64,000 nucleotides of DNA, from contig NW_005434665.1 of assembly GCF_000315625.1 (NCBI RefSeq), forward strand, positions 238,893 through 302,892, written 5' to 3'. Source of the stretch: Guillardia theta CCMP2712 (taxonomy: Eukaryota; Protista; Cryptophyta). The notes under the pieces are model-generated. The model ran no database searches. It saw only the letters and a program-made list of their open reading frames with translations, and was not told the DNA's origin. Both the position numbers and the translations under genes were made by a program. Shown piece by piece: positions 11,771 through 23,099 of the stretch. Each line of letters opens with the position of its first letter. Position 1 is the stretch's first letter.

Positions 11771-11979
11771 AGCAGCTTGTTGGAAACTGAGCTTCGGTGC
11801 GTAGGGCAGCTGTCAAAACCTGAAACAATCTCCTTGAGGAATTGTCAATATATCACAAATTGTCGTTTCGATTCTCTGTGCTCGTGTTGCAATTTTCACA
11901 AACTCGTGGGTGAAAAGAATCCTCATTTCATTTTTCGATTCTAAACCTCTAAAAGATCATTTGCCGAACACTTGCAGTT

Positions 11980-12980
11980 TCAGTCCAGATTGAAACGCAG
12001 TAAAAAGTTGCACATCATCTCAGTATCTTCTTGTTCCTCTGCACCAGTTGCGATGCTTCCCATGTTGCCTCTGAGTTTTGCGGTTTCCACACGAAGGCAC
12101 AAAATTAAAAAACGGAGGAGGGACCTCTTCGAAACCTTACAGTCAACCATCTTGAAAATCTCGTCGTAGTTTGCTTTGACAAGATTAAATGTGGATTCTC
12201 CGCGTGAAGCAAATCTTGCGTCAAAGATAGTTATAATCTCATTCTCCTCATCATCACTTGTCTCATCGTGATCATCCATCTTCTTGCTCCCAGTCTCTTC
12301 GTCCTCGTCCTCGTCCTCGTCCTCTTCCCCCTCCATACTATATGTAAGACTCATTTCTTCTACAAAGCCCTCATTGTCATCTTCATGCCAATAGCACTCC
12401 ATAGTTACAAGAACGGTGCCCGCAACTGATTCGATTGCTATTGTGTTGCATACACTGCAGTATTCGTGCCGAGGACCAAGAGTCCAGTCCTTATCCTTGG
12501 ATTTCGTGTGGGAGACGACAGCACACTTGGAAAAGAGCTCTTTCAAATGCTTCTTCTCTTTCGTTTCGAACAGGACCTTTTCTCCATGATGAGAAAGAAC
12601 TCTTTCGAACATTTTGTTCAGAGTGGCCGTGTAAAGCATGTTCCTCACTCCTTCTTTCACCTTCAACACGAGCATTCAGCACGTTAGCGTCCAAATATCT
12701 AAAAGGGTACCTGATCAAAAGCTTCTTCTAGCTCTTCGACAGTCTGAAGCTCTTCGAAGACAGACAATGTATTCCCCACTACCAACTCTACCGGAGAAGA
12801 GTCATGTAGCATTTCGCAACCTCCATCACAGGATTCATCGTCGCAGCAGCCTTCATCGATAATTTCTGCAGGAGTTTCCTCCTTCTTCAAACCCTTCTTT
12901 GTCCTCTTCGTCGATACTTCATCGCTTGTAGATTCTTGCCGTCTCTTGTTCTCTGTTTTCTTGGTCATCGCACCTAACAT
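11980..12980 (-). CDS. Hypothetical acidic protein with basic N-terminal patch, at least 2 exons; start uncertain
   Basis: ORFs 12699-12980 and 11980-12675 join via a short intron (DQ|gtacc...gaag|VKEG). No family recognised. Confidence 0.6.
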
Positions 12981-13194
12981 GCAAGATATCAGCGGGAGTT
13001 CCTAGAGTTTCATCCATGTCAGGCATGCAGACGTTGTGGCTATCTGTTTCCGCCGATCCTACTTCCTTTCGTTGGCTTCTCTCATCAAGCATCAGCTCTC
13101 CTTCCTTTGCTTCGCCCTATCAAACTAGCCCTTGTGCCTTCCCTTGCGACAAAGGAATCTTTCGCAGCTTCACGTGCCGCAGTTGCGGCAAGTC

Positions 13195-13760
13195 ACCCCC
13201 CCGGGCCCGCAGCCTCTCCATCGGGCCCCGGCGCGGCGCCGCTCCCGAGTCCACAGGCTCAGTGGGCGCGGCCCGGCCGAAGCGGCTTAGTTAGTTATAG
13301 TTACTAGTTAGTCGATTGACTCCAGGCTCGCCGGATGAATGGCCGCCAGGAGGCGAGGCTCCGAGGCTCAGTGACTGCCACCGTGGCCTCAGTCGGAGTC
13401 ACTCCGGCGGTGCACTCAGTGCGGCAAGACGGAGTCCGGCGGACTCCCCGGGCCCGGACCGTTGACGCCGGGTACGGTCAACGGAGTCACGGCCGGGTGC
13501 CCTCAGCCGGCAGCCTGAGACGGACGGTCCATCGCCATGGCCAAGTTGGCAGTGGGCCAATCATGACTACCGGTTTCAAGTTGGTTCTCGCTGTCTTTCT
13601 TTTCTGAGTCGCCGTTTGGCCTGTGCGACAGTGTCAGGTTCAACGTCCAAGCCTGAGTGACCGGCCGGGCAGGTTCAACCGTCCGAGTCAGCCTGTACGG
13701 TACGGTACTCCAAGTCAGCAGTGGCACTCCCGAAGTTCAGGCAGTCATCACTGAACTGAG
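13195..13760. other. GC-rich intergenic island rich in CCGG/GGCC/CCCGGG, CTCAGT/GAGTC and TACGG words
   Basis: Composition differs sharply from the flanks; lies between two divergent genes. Confidence 0.6.
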
Positions 13761-14209
13761 GCTCTACACTACCTACTTTTTACTCAAAGTTAAGTTAAAA
13801 ATCAGTACGAGGACAATAACTCCGCTGCCAGCAGTTAGGAAAGGCCGGGCCACACACCTGGCAGTGCGCTATAATTCACCAACAAAGCCCCCAGCCCACC
13901 CACCCCTCGAGCCCCCGTTATGGCTCCATGCTCCTTCCCCACCCCCACCCCCAGAGTCCCATTCCTTTACCCCCAGTTTGGCTCCATTTCACGTTACTTC
14001 GGCGTACCCAACCCATTCATAATGAGCAACTTATTTTTTTTAACCCACCCTACACATGATTGTGTGAAAATGGGGGTGGTATCCGTCTCTCACAAACTTT
14101 TTTTTGCGATTACCACTGATTTTACTACGAGCATCGCTCTACACTTGCCTTCAACAGCTACGTGCCTGAGTTGCTCCTGCTCACCTCGCTCTCCTCTCCA
14201 TCTTCCCGC

Positions 14210-14435
14210 CAGTCAGTCAGTCAGTCAGTCAGTCAGTCAGTCGGTCAGTCAGTCAGTCAGTCGGTCAGTCAGTCAGTCAGTCAGTCAGTCAGTCAGTCAG
14301 TCAGTCAGTCAGTCAGTCAGTCAGTCAGTCAGTCAGTCAGTCAGTCAGTCAGTCAGTCAGTCAGTCAGTCAGTCAGTCAGTCAGTCAGTCAGTCAGTCAG
14401 TCAGTCAGTCAGTCAGTCAGTCAGTCAGTCAGTCA
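14210..14435 (+). repeat. (CAGT)n microsatellite, about 56 units
   Basis: Nearly perfect array with two CGGT variants. Confidence 0.99.
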
Positions 14436-14488
14436 TCTTTCTCACTTCCTCCTTACATCCCCGCCACTTCCCTTTTCTCTCCAGATTC

Positions 14489-16031
14489 ATGAGTCTTGAA
14501 TTTCCGGCGGCCGAAGATGTCTTTCTCCCAGTGCTCCCCGACGACCTCTTGGTCATCGATACCACCTGTAAAGACCTCCATCAGCTTCTTCAGCGATCGC
14601 TCATCAGGTCAAAGCCCCAAGGCCGAGCCTGTACCCGCTGTCGTCGTCAGAAGCTGCGATGCGACCGGCTCAGGCCGTGTCTGACTTGCTTGACACGGGG
14701 TTGTCGGGAAGAATGTGATGCAGAGATGGGTGCTACCTCCTGCCTTGCTTGCAAGACATCAAAAACAAGGTGCGACAAGATTCGGCCTTGCTCGACGTGT
14801 GTAGCTCGCAGGAGGCCGGAGGAATGCAGAAGCGGGTCCAAGCCCAGGTCGAAGCAGTCTAGGACGAAAAAGACTGCCCCTTCCTTGGAACGAACGCCCT
14901 CGCCATTGACTCCGATGACTATCAGCGGACTTGAGACTCTTCGCCCTCTTATCGTCCTTTCGTCGAGGTCCGGCTACAGTGAGTCGTCGGTCCTTCGGCT
15001 CATCAACGTCATGGGCCCCGGTTTCCGGACAGTCTTGAGCGCCATGGCAGCTCTGGTCGCCGACCTAAACGCCGTCCGTATCCGCAAAGGTGAAGCTCTA
15101 CTTGACGGTGACGAGATGCCCTCCCTCCTCTCGCGGCCACACGTGCGAACAAAAGGAAGCAGATGGGCTGCCTGGACGGTGCACTGCGGCGCAGGAGGGG
15201 GCGAGCGGGAGAGGATCGAGTTTGAGAGGGGGCTGGACTTCCTGTGGCGGGACGATCTTCCTGAAATGACTGAAGGAGACGAGAGTCGTACGCAAAGGCT
15301 GGTTGAATGTGAGCCAGGGAGGATGGAGCGAGAGATGCCGACGTCCGACGTAGAGTATCTGTGCATGCTCGTAGACGAGCTCCTGTCCTACAGGAATGCT
15401 CGGACAGTCATGTACCACAGGCTGTGCGGCAGGTCGGTAGCAGGGCTACTTGAAGACACCATCCTAGTGCGATACACTACCGTGAAGGAGGAAGATGAAA
15501 CTGGACGTCTGGTGAACAGCTCACACCTGCTGGAGGCGCTTGAGGCCGAGGAGTGGGAGCAGGAACAGCGAACCCCCGCAAACAGGTGAGGAGAGGATGA
15601 ATCTTGTGAGAGAAGAAGGGGAGAGAGGAAGAGGAGAGAGGAAAGGGAGGGAGGAAGGGGAGGGAGGAGGAGGAAAAGGTGCTCACGGGTTTTGTTTGGC
15701 AGGTCCACGTACCTGCAGCTTCGAAGCTACTTGGGAGAGGAGCCGACAGGCGAGGAGGTCACGAGGGCGCACCGGACGGACATGGTGAGAAGGAGGCAGG
15801 GACCAGCTGTGAGGAATGGGAGCTGACCATAAGATGATACAGTTGTTCGAGGAGGACTTCAGCAGCATGGCACAAACATTGGAAGGGCAGCAAAGGATGG
15901 AAAGGATGCACTTGTTCATGGCAGAGAAGCATTCAGAGCTGGCAAGCATCGGATTCAGCCATGATGTTTTCATTCAAGACGACAGTTCAATTTGTAGTAG
16001 CATCTCTCCAGAATTGAGCATGATATTGTGA
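14489..16031 (+). CDS. Putative transcription factor with two tandem Zn(II)2Cys6 (GAL4-type) clusters
   Basis: CTRCRRQKLRCDRLRPCLTCLTRGCREEC and CLACKTSKTRCDKIRPCSTCVARRRPEEC at 14630-14827. Downstream exons after 15585 are less certain. Confidence 0.85.
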
Positions 16032-16089
16032 AGGTGAAAGAGAGATTCAGTAATACACGAGATCGCAGTAAAAAAGACACATTACAGTA

Positions 16090-17998
16090 ATTAAATTGGA
16101 ATTGGGACATGAAACACTGTGTCAGGAAGGAGGAGATCTTCAACACACGGAGTCTGTTCTTACCTCGGACGACAGTGTATTGAAATACACCACCCTGTCA
16201 TCGGAGGATCAGTAGAACGAGTCAAGGGATTTCAGTCTGATAGGTGCAAGTTCAGAGCGCAGCAATAAAATAGTTCTTGTAGCATGAGAGAGTCCGCAGC
16301 ATGACAACCAGTGTCAGCTTTGTCTTGACATCAACATTCAGTCGAGTATGGAAGAAACTTGTCATGGTGGTATCGCTGCTGCTCTGTCATAATTTGACTG
16401 TTTAATCACGTGACAGGACAATGATAGTCGGCTGGTCTACCCACCACCTCAAGTCTTGCGACACGTTTACCCTCCTTCTCTTTCTCTCCTCTTCATCAGC
16501 CCCCTCCGCCTCCATCTCCCCCTCCGCCTCCGTCTCCTCCACCACCGCCTCCCCCTGAAACAAAAGTCAATCGATGCAAGACTCACGAGTCAGCCAGGTG
16601 TATCAAACCTTGCGCAAAGAGAGCTCCAATCTGCTCGACGTGTCAACGAGAGAGTAGATAAAAAAGTCACAACACCTTGCATGCTGGAAGTGTCTGAAAG
16701 ACGATCAATCCTGGGCCCGTGTACTCCGTGTTGAACAGGCCCTGCCATGGACAAACTCGTTACATCATGTCTCCTCCGCAGCTCAGCCAACCTTTCCCCG
16801 CAAAACATCATGGCGCAACCTCCAGCTCGTCGGATGCTGACTTGAACAGAAGAGGACACCGCAAGCATGCAATCCTGCGGGTACATGATCCTGTCCCTTC
16901 ATCCCACCCTGTCATGTACCGTATCAAGAATGTACTTCTCCCCAGCAGCAAGGGTCTTCGTAATGATCTGCAGACCCTGTCAGTCAACTTATCACATCCC
17001 TTACTCCTTGCAAGTTCACCGTCCCGCTCCCGCAGAGGAAGCAGATGCCGTTGCCTGCGGGTCCGTCACCTCCACACGCGGCAGCAAGGGGGCATCATCA
17101 CCGAAGAGCTTCGTCTGCAACAAGTTCCCTTGACCGAGACACTCCGTGAGCGATCGAGGGAAGAAAGTCTCAAACCGCAGCTCGCTGTTGACAACCAGCG
17201 TCAGACATTCAGAGGCGTTCTGTGCTATTGTACCTCCCCGTCGTGGCGAGGAAGGAGCCTTTCTGAATGGTGATGCCGCTGGTACAATACCATCACCAAC
17301 ACAGCAGCATTAACGAGCAAAGAGATCACGAACAACGGCTTACAGCTGCGTTTGACACGAAATGGAGGGAGGGAGGGAGGGAGGGAGGGAGGGAGGGAGA
17401 CGAGAAGAAGGGATGGAGGAGGGAGTGAAGAGGTTCTCAGTTTTTACCTGTAGACTGACAAATCGATGGGGATGACCTTGGAGGGGAACATGGATGTTGC
17501 TGAGAGAAACTTGACTGTTGATGACTCATTCTTCCACTTCAATCTGAAGATATCCTCGCTCGCCATGAAGGCTCCGAATGGATTTCGCAATGAGGTGCTG
17601 GGCTTCACTCCTTCGTCTGCGTGCACCATGCTCCCCGGTTGCATCATCACTTCCTGAACCGCAGCATATGAGTCGCCCAAACTCTGAGAGTTTCCTCACA
17701 CCTGCCCAGGCTCAAGCTTGAAGACTATCAGTTGCGAGTCACTGCCAACGATTTGCCATGGAGCTGAGAGGACAAAGAGGGAGAAAGAAGGGTCACTGAA
17801 GCACTCGAGTAGTGATGTACTACCTCCTCGGAACGACAGCTTCGAGCAATCAGGAAGAGTATTCAGCCCGCTCATGTCCAGTGGAGCAAGCGCCTGGGCA
17901 ACCTGGCAGACATCGAGTCTCAACCAAAGTACTCGATTGGTTGGAAATTTTCAGGTCACCGGAATGCCCTGAGCCCCTTCGACTGGACGCACGCTCAT
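16090..17998 (-). CDS. AIM24: AIM24 (DUF124) family protein, paralogue A, multi-exon; 3' end approximate
   Basis: WQIVGSDSQLIVFKLEPGQ / EVMMQPGSMVH / FPSKVIPIDL / QKGSFLA / GVVYFNTL. Confidence 0.75.
17365..17399 (+). repeat. (GGGA)n intronic microsatellite
   Basis: Tandem GGGA units. Confidence 0.9.
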
Positions 17999-18578
17999 CG
18001 TGACAACAACAAATTGTTACGAGGCTCGAGATCGATCCTGTACAATCGTCATGAATAGTTTCCTGGTCTTACTTCAACCCGGGCCTGCCTGTCTGCCTTG
18101 CTCCCTCTCTATCTCTATCTTCTCTGTATTCCTCCTTCTCTCTCTCTCTTTCTCTCTCTTCTCTGCCTGTCTGCCATTGCTCTCAAAAATGTAATTATTA
18201 GTTTTACAACACAACAATGTCGTACTGATTTTAACAATAAAAGGGGCGAGTACATTGTTTGGAAAATTTACTTCAAGTACGGGTGGTATGATTCTGAATA
18301 CCCCACCAAGGATCTTGAGTTTTCAGCTGTTTAGTAGGTTGGGGTGACAAGTATGTATCCACCACCACGGGTAGTCAGTGTATATATATGAATTGACAAT
18401 CGCCTTGGGTTTTCATCAGATTTAAAATGATAAACTTGTAAAATCTACTAGGGAGAAACTGCAAATTGTTTTTAAATTTAAAACAGATGCACCGCTACAG
18501 CTTTGTGGTACAAATGACCGAATTTATAAAACCTTTTCACTTGTCCAGTACAAGTTTTATTAGTACACTTGGGAGGCA

Positions 18579-20393
18579 TTACGGTCTCATGTACGACATG
18601 GCCCACTTGCTAAAGCTCATGCTCTGCACGTAGATGGTGCCAGGACCTGACGAGCCGTCATATCCCTCCCTTCCTTCCTCCCCCCCCCCTCCCTCCCTCC
18701 TTCCCTCCCTCCGTCCCTCCCTGCTCCGACCTCTCAATCTCTCCGCTCCTCTCCCTCCCTCCCTCGTTCTCCCTGATCCCAAGGGATCCCTTCAATGGTG
18801 CTTCACCTGTGAATTTGGCAGTGCAGAATCCCATGCCACCGCAACAGACTACTCCAGGTCCACCCGCACATGCTCCTTCCAGTTTCACCTGTCACCGTCA
18901 AGTTACTCCCGACATCGAAAAGCCAGCAGAATCTGCACTTTCTTGTCCCAAGCGAGCAATGCAGTTGTTTGCACGACAACTACGACGTGTCAGCACATAA
19001 TAAATCGTGGCAATAGAAGTAAAGATAGTCAAGAGCTGCACCTGATTCGCCTTCTCTCAAAGTCTTCTTCATAACCGTACCTGTTCGCGAGCGGTCATAT
19101 CCAATAACATACACGTCTCCACACAGCAACGGCTTCTACCTCCTCCAGCGAGGAAAGAATAACCACTACCCACGAGGGATGGGATGCAGCATCTGCATCA
19201 GCCGATGCCAAGGTCACTCTCTCACACAAGACCAGATTCATCGAGTACCCCAGCCCAAGACAGCAACACTGACTGAAGCTAGGCATGCATCTGACATGGT
19301 TGTCAGTGATACACGTGCGCATTCTCTCTTCCACTCACGAAACATTGAAGTCTGCATCCCTCCCTACAGATGCAAGCCATGACTGGCGGGTGATGTACAG
19401 GCCACTGCAGTGGAGCAGTGAGGGTGAAACCGATCAAAGAGAGCACAAGGATCAACCTAGTATGCTCGTTCATCGACACCGGGATGATCTGATATTCCAA
19501 TGAGTGCCGACAGACGAAACAACTTGAAGAAGAGCTAGCTCACCTTGGATGGGTAAGGGGGCGAGACTGTCACATGCTGCATCGCACTTAGCACACAAGA
19601 AGCCAGTCAACGTTGCTGCATGAGACCTCCAGCCGGCCGTTGACGTTCTTGTAGTGCGTGCGACAGCACAGCTCTCCAGCACACCAGCACCGTTTGCATC
19701 CGTTGAAGCAGCCCCCTGCAAAAGGCAATACGCCAGTGAGTCTTCGCTGTCTGCTTTCATGCTCTTCTCATGAGGTTACCTGTGGTGAGCTCCGGCTCTA
19801 CCGTACCCGTGGTGGAGACCATAGCTCCTGGCTGGCACATCACTTCCTGCAAGCACAAGTTACTGACAGTCAAGTCCGTCACCAGCTCCTCTTCTACCTG
19901 TCCTTGTTGCAGTACCGCCAGCAACGCCTGTATGTCATCGCCAACCACTTGCCAACCTTCGCCCTTGATCAACATGTGTCAGTGTCGATCATGGTTTTGC
20001 ACCATGTCACAGCAAACCTGCTCATTTGAGATGCCGGAAATAGTGAAGCCTGACTCCTTCACGATGGGGTCTACAGGGAACGAGTAAGGCATCAATGTTA
20101 TCTTACTAGAAATTCTTCTACCATCGTTCATGGTAAGAGGAGTGGGAGGCATATACGACATGCCTTGTTGCCCTGCGAACGCGCCGACTTAGTCCAGTCA
20201 GAGCGGATCAAGTGAGAACAAGAATGACACTATATGGTGGGTCAAGTAAGTTTTTGGCATTGTGGTAGTAGACTCAGTAGAGGACTTTTAGGCTATGACG
20301 ATGAATGATTGTTAGACATGCTTGCTGTAACTGCCCGCAGTGCAAGGCGCTCACGATCACGATGCAACTGCAGGGGAGCTGAGATGAAGCCAT
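18579..20393 (-). CDS. AIM24: AIM24 family protein, paralogue B, multi-exon; start approximate
   Basis: VVGDDIQALLAVLQQGQ / EVMCQPGAMV / IIPVSM / CCCLGLG / CCGGMGFCTAKFTG / PGTIYVQSMSFSKW. Confidence 0.8.
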
Positions 20394-21063
20394 GATCGGA
20401 TCAACGGTAAGAGAGCGGCAGGGAACACCAAGACGTGTAGCGAGGAGGGAGGAGCAAAGCGAAGCAGCGGGGACTGTGGAAAAATAATTTTTAAAGATTT
20501 GCTTTTAAAATATGTAAAATACTTGTTGACACTTATAGAATGCTTTAAAATGTGGTACTGTTTTACAAGTGGGTGAAGTGCAATGGCGAGAACAATGTTT
20601 CTTCATGCCGGGATGGCGACGGGCAGGAAAGAATGGGGACACAAGGAGACACAAGATGGGGAGTGTGAGATTGTTCTTGAAGGAGGAGTGCACGATGAGG
20701 TAGTAGAAGTACGTAGACAACAAGTGCGAAGGGATAATGCTGGAGGGAGTAAGAGGAGGAATTACACGTATAGGGGAATATGATGTAGGGGGACAAGGAG
20801 TTGCTGTGAACTCCAGGAATGGAAACACTTGGAAGTATTCCGATGAAATCCAAGAGTACGACGTTTGTGTTACAAGATTTTCTGCAGGATAGTCTTGCGG
20901 TACAAAGGCTCTTAGGCAACGATCTTGTCCTCTGCTGCTTCGAACGGCTTTTATGTTTTCTGCTCATAGCACATATGATGTTGCATTCATGTTGAAATCT
21001 TTCTAAAAGATCTGAGTGTAAGTTGTTGAGACTGACTTCGCCTTCAGACAAGCGTTGTCCAGC

Positions 21064-22333
21064 ATGTCCAACTACATTCCGAGCGCGGTGGCCAACATCG
21101 TCGCTGTTCCCGTGCAAATGTCCATGGATGGACAGTCTCCCCTGGAATCCTGCGGATGGGAGGCAGTAGACATTCACTCGCACGGTGAAAACTGGAGTGT
21201 GGTTGGCGAGTCTACTCAAGTTCTCATGGCGAAGCTCCTCAGCGAGCAGGTTTGTGAGCTTGTCTTACGGTAGCTGTATGAGACTTGATGCACAGGAAGT
21301 GCTGACGGAGCCGGGGGGGATGATGATTCACTCCTCAGGCATCAAGCCGTCCATGAACATGGGAGGACTGTGGTTGGGTATACGTCGAGCGTTCTGTGCT
21401 GGGGAGTCGTGCTGTCGCGTGCAGTGGAAGAATCATGGTGAGTCGCACTTGAGGAAGGGGCTCGGTTCAAACCTGTTGTTTCCAGAAAGTCAGCCCAAGA
21501 TCATGACGATTCATCCCTCCTTCCCGTCCAAGGTTGGTCGGGAGGTTTGCCGGACAAGCACGCTCACAGTCAGTGCGATTGAGCAGGTTGTGCCGGTCAA
21601 CCTGGACGAATTCCAGGGATCCATGTACATGAAGCGAGCAGCCTGGATGGCTTCACTGAATACGTGAGTTAGTGCGCTTCTTCAAAGATGATGGCAATGA
21701 CGACCAAAACTTGACAGACAACTGGAGTTTGACATCAAAATGGCTCCATCCTGTACAGCTGCTTGGTGTGCGGGGCAGGTCTCCATTGGCATCGTTATGT
21801 TGCTGGGTCTGACGTGCTCGTGGGGACCCGTCAGGGTTGCTGCTTGACCCTGGTCAAGGGTCGAGGACTCACCTTTCTCAATGTTGGCGGAACAGTGCTG
21901 AAGAAAACTCTGAGAGACGGTTGCTACTTCCCGTCTTCCCTTGACTTGAGCTGAGGCCCGTGCAGGTGAGAAGGTTTTCATCGACACGTCTGCGCTGGTT
22001 GCCTGGGCCACGACGGTGATGGTTCGCTCCTGCTACCACCCTTCATTCTCTGTTACAGGCCACCATCAGCGCGGAGCGAGCGGGGAACTGCTGCACCATT
22101 GTCAGGGTGTGCAGGAGAGGATGAGGGGACTGACTGGGTTGCTGCAGTGTTGTGGTGGGATGGGGTTGGCCAACACGACCATCACTGGTCCGGGAGTTGT
22201 CTACATTCAGAGCATGTCGAGAGAGAAGGCTGCGCAGGTACAATGACCGTGCCTAGGGTGCTGCCGCGTCATTGGGACATGTAACGGCTGTCAACAGGGA
22301 TACATGATGGCTGCTCGCGCAAACAGCAAGTAG
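21064..22333 (+). CDS. AIM24: AIM24 family protein, paralogue C, multi-exon
   Basis: WSVVGESTQVL / EVLTEPGGMM / AGESCC / FPSK|VVPVNL / GRGLTFLNVGGTVLKKTL / IDTSALVAW / CCGGMGLANTTITGPGVVYIQSMS. Confidence 0.88.
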
Positions 22334-23099
22334 ATCGCTTCCTGGCCCTGATCCTCACATCTAAACCTTTTGATGTGATTCACAACTCGGCCCTTGACCT
22401 CTACACCTGGGATTCGGGAACGACAGTGCGGGACTGGCACGTCAGGTTCCGAGGCATCCGAGAACTCAGGAGCCGCTAAGGGCTCCGAACTTCGGCGGAT
22501 CCAGAACTGAATAAACTGATCATAGCCTGATGCCAAGTGAATCTCAGGCTCTCAGACTCACTCACTCACTGCCATGACTGACAGTTATCAGTCACCAGGC
22601 ACTCAGGCTGTGTTGGTATGGATGTTCAAACTGATACTCGTGCTTACTTTAACAGCTGCCACTCTATGATTATTGACCGAACTCGGGAAGGACTTGAAGT
22701 GTATCTCAGTGTGACTCGTGATTTACTCATGAAGGACAAGTGAGGCTAACTAAGGCTAGGGCCGCAGGGAGAGATTACCATATCAAGTCCGCCTCAGAGA
22801 GATATAGGAACAAAAGAAGGGGCAGTGAAAAAACTTACTACAAGGGTATATATATGACCATCGTCCCATGATAGGTTTATAATAGTTTTAATCATCGGAG
22901 CGCACGTGAAGGGAGGAGGCAGGCAAGCCCTGAGGAGCAACAGGAACAAGAAGGAGAAGGAGAAGGAGAAGGAGAAGAGGTAGAGGACGAGGAAGCACAT
23001 CAAGGAAGACAAGGACAGACAGCTCAAGGACCTTGTCTCGTTGTTGCCACTCGTTTCTTGGACTGTTACTTGAGGCCCTTACCTGACTCAACCCTCACC

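Noticed and set aside
14210-14435. Possible CRISPR or telomeric array
   Set aside because: Simple 4-mer with no spacers, internal position, eukaryotic context.
14162-14488. (QSVS)n N-terminal extension and the 13920-14492 ORF
   Set aside because: Translation of the CAGT microsatellite; a splice acceptor and ATG follow at 14484-14489.
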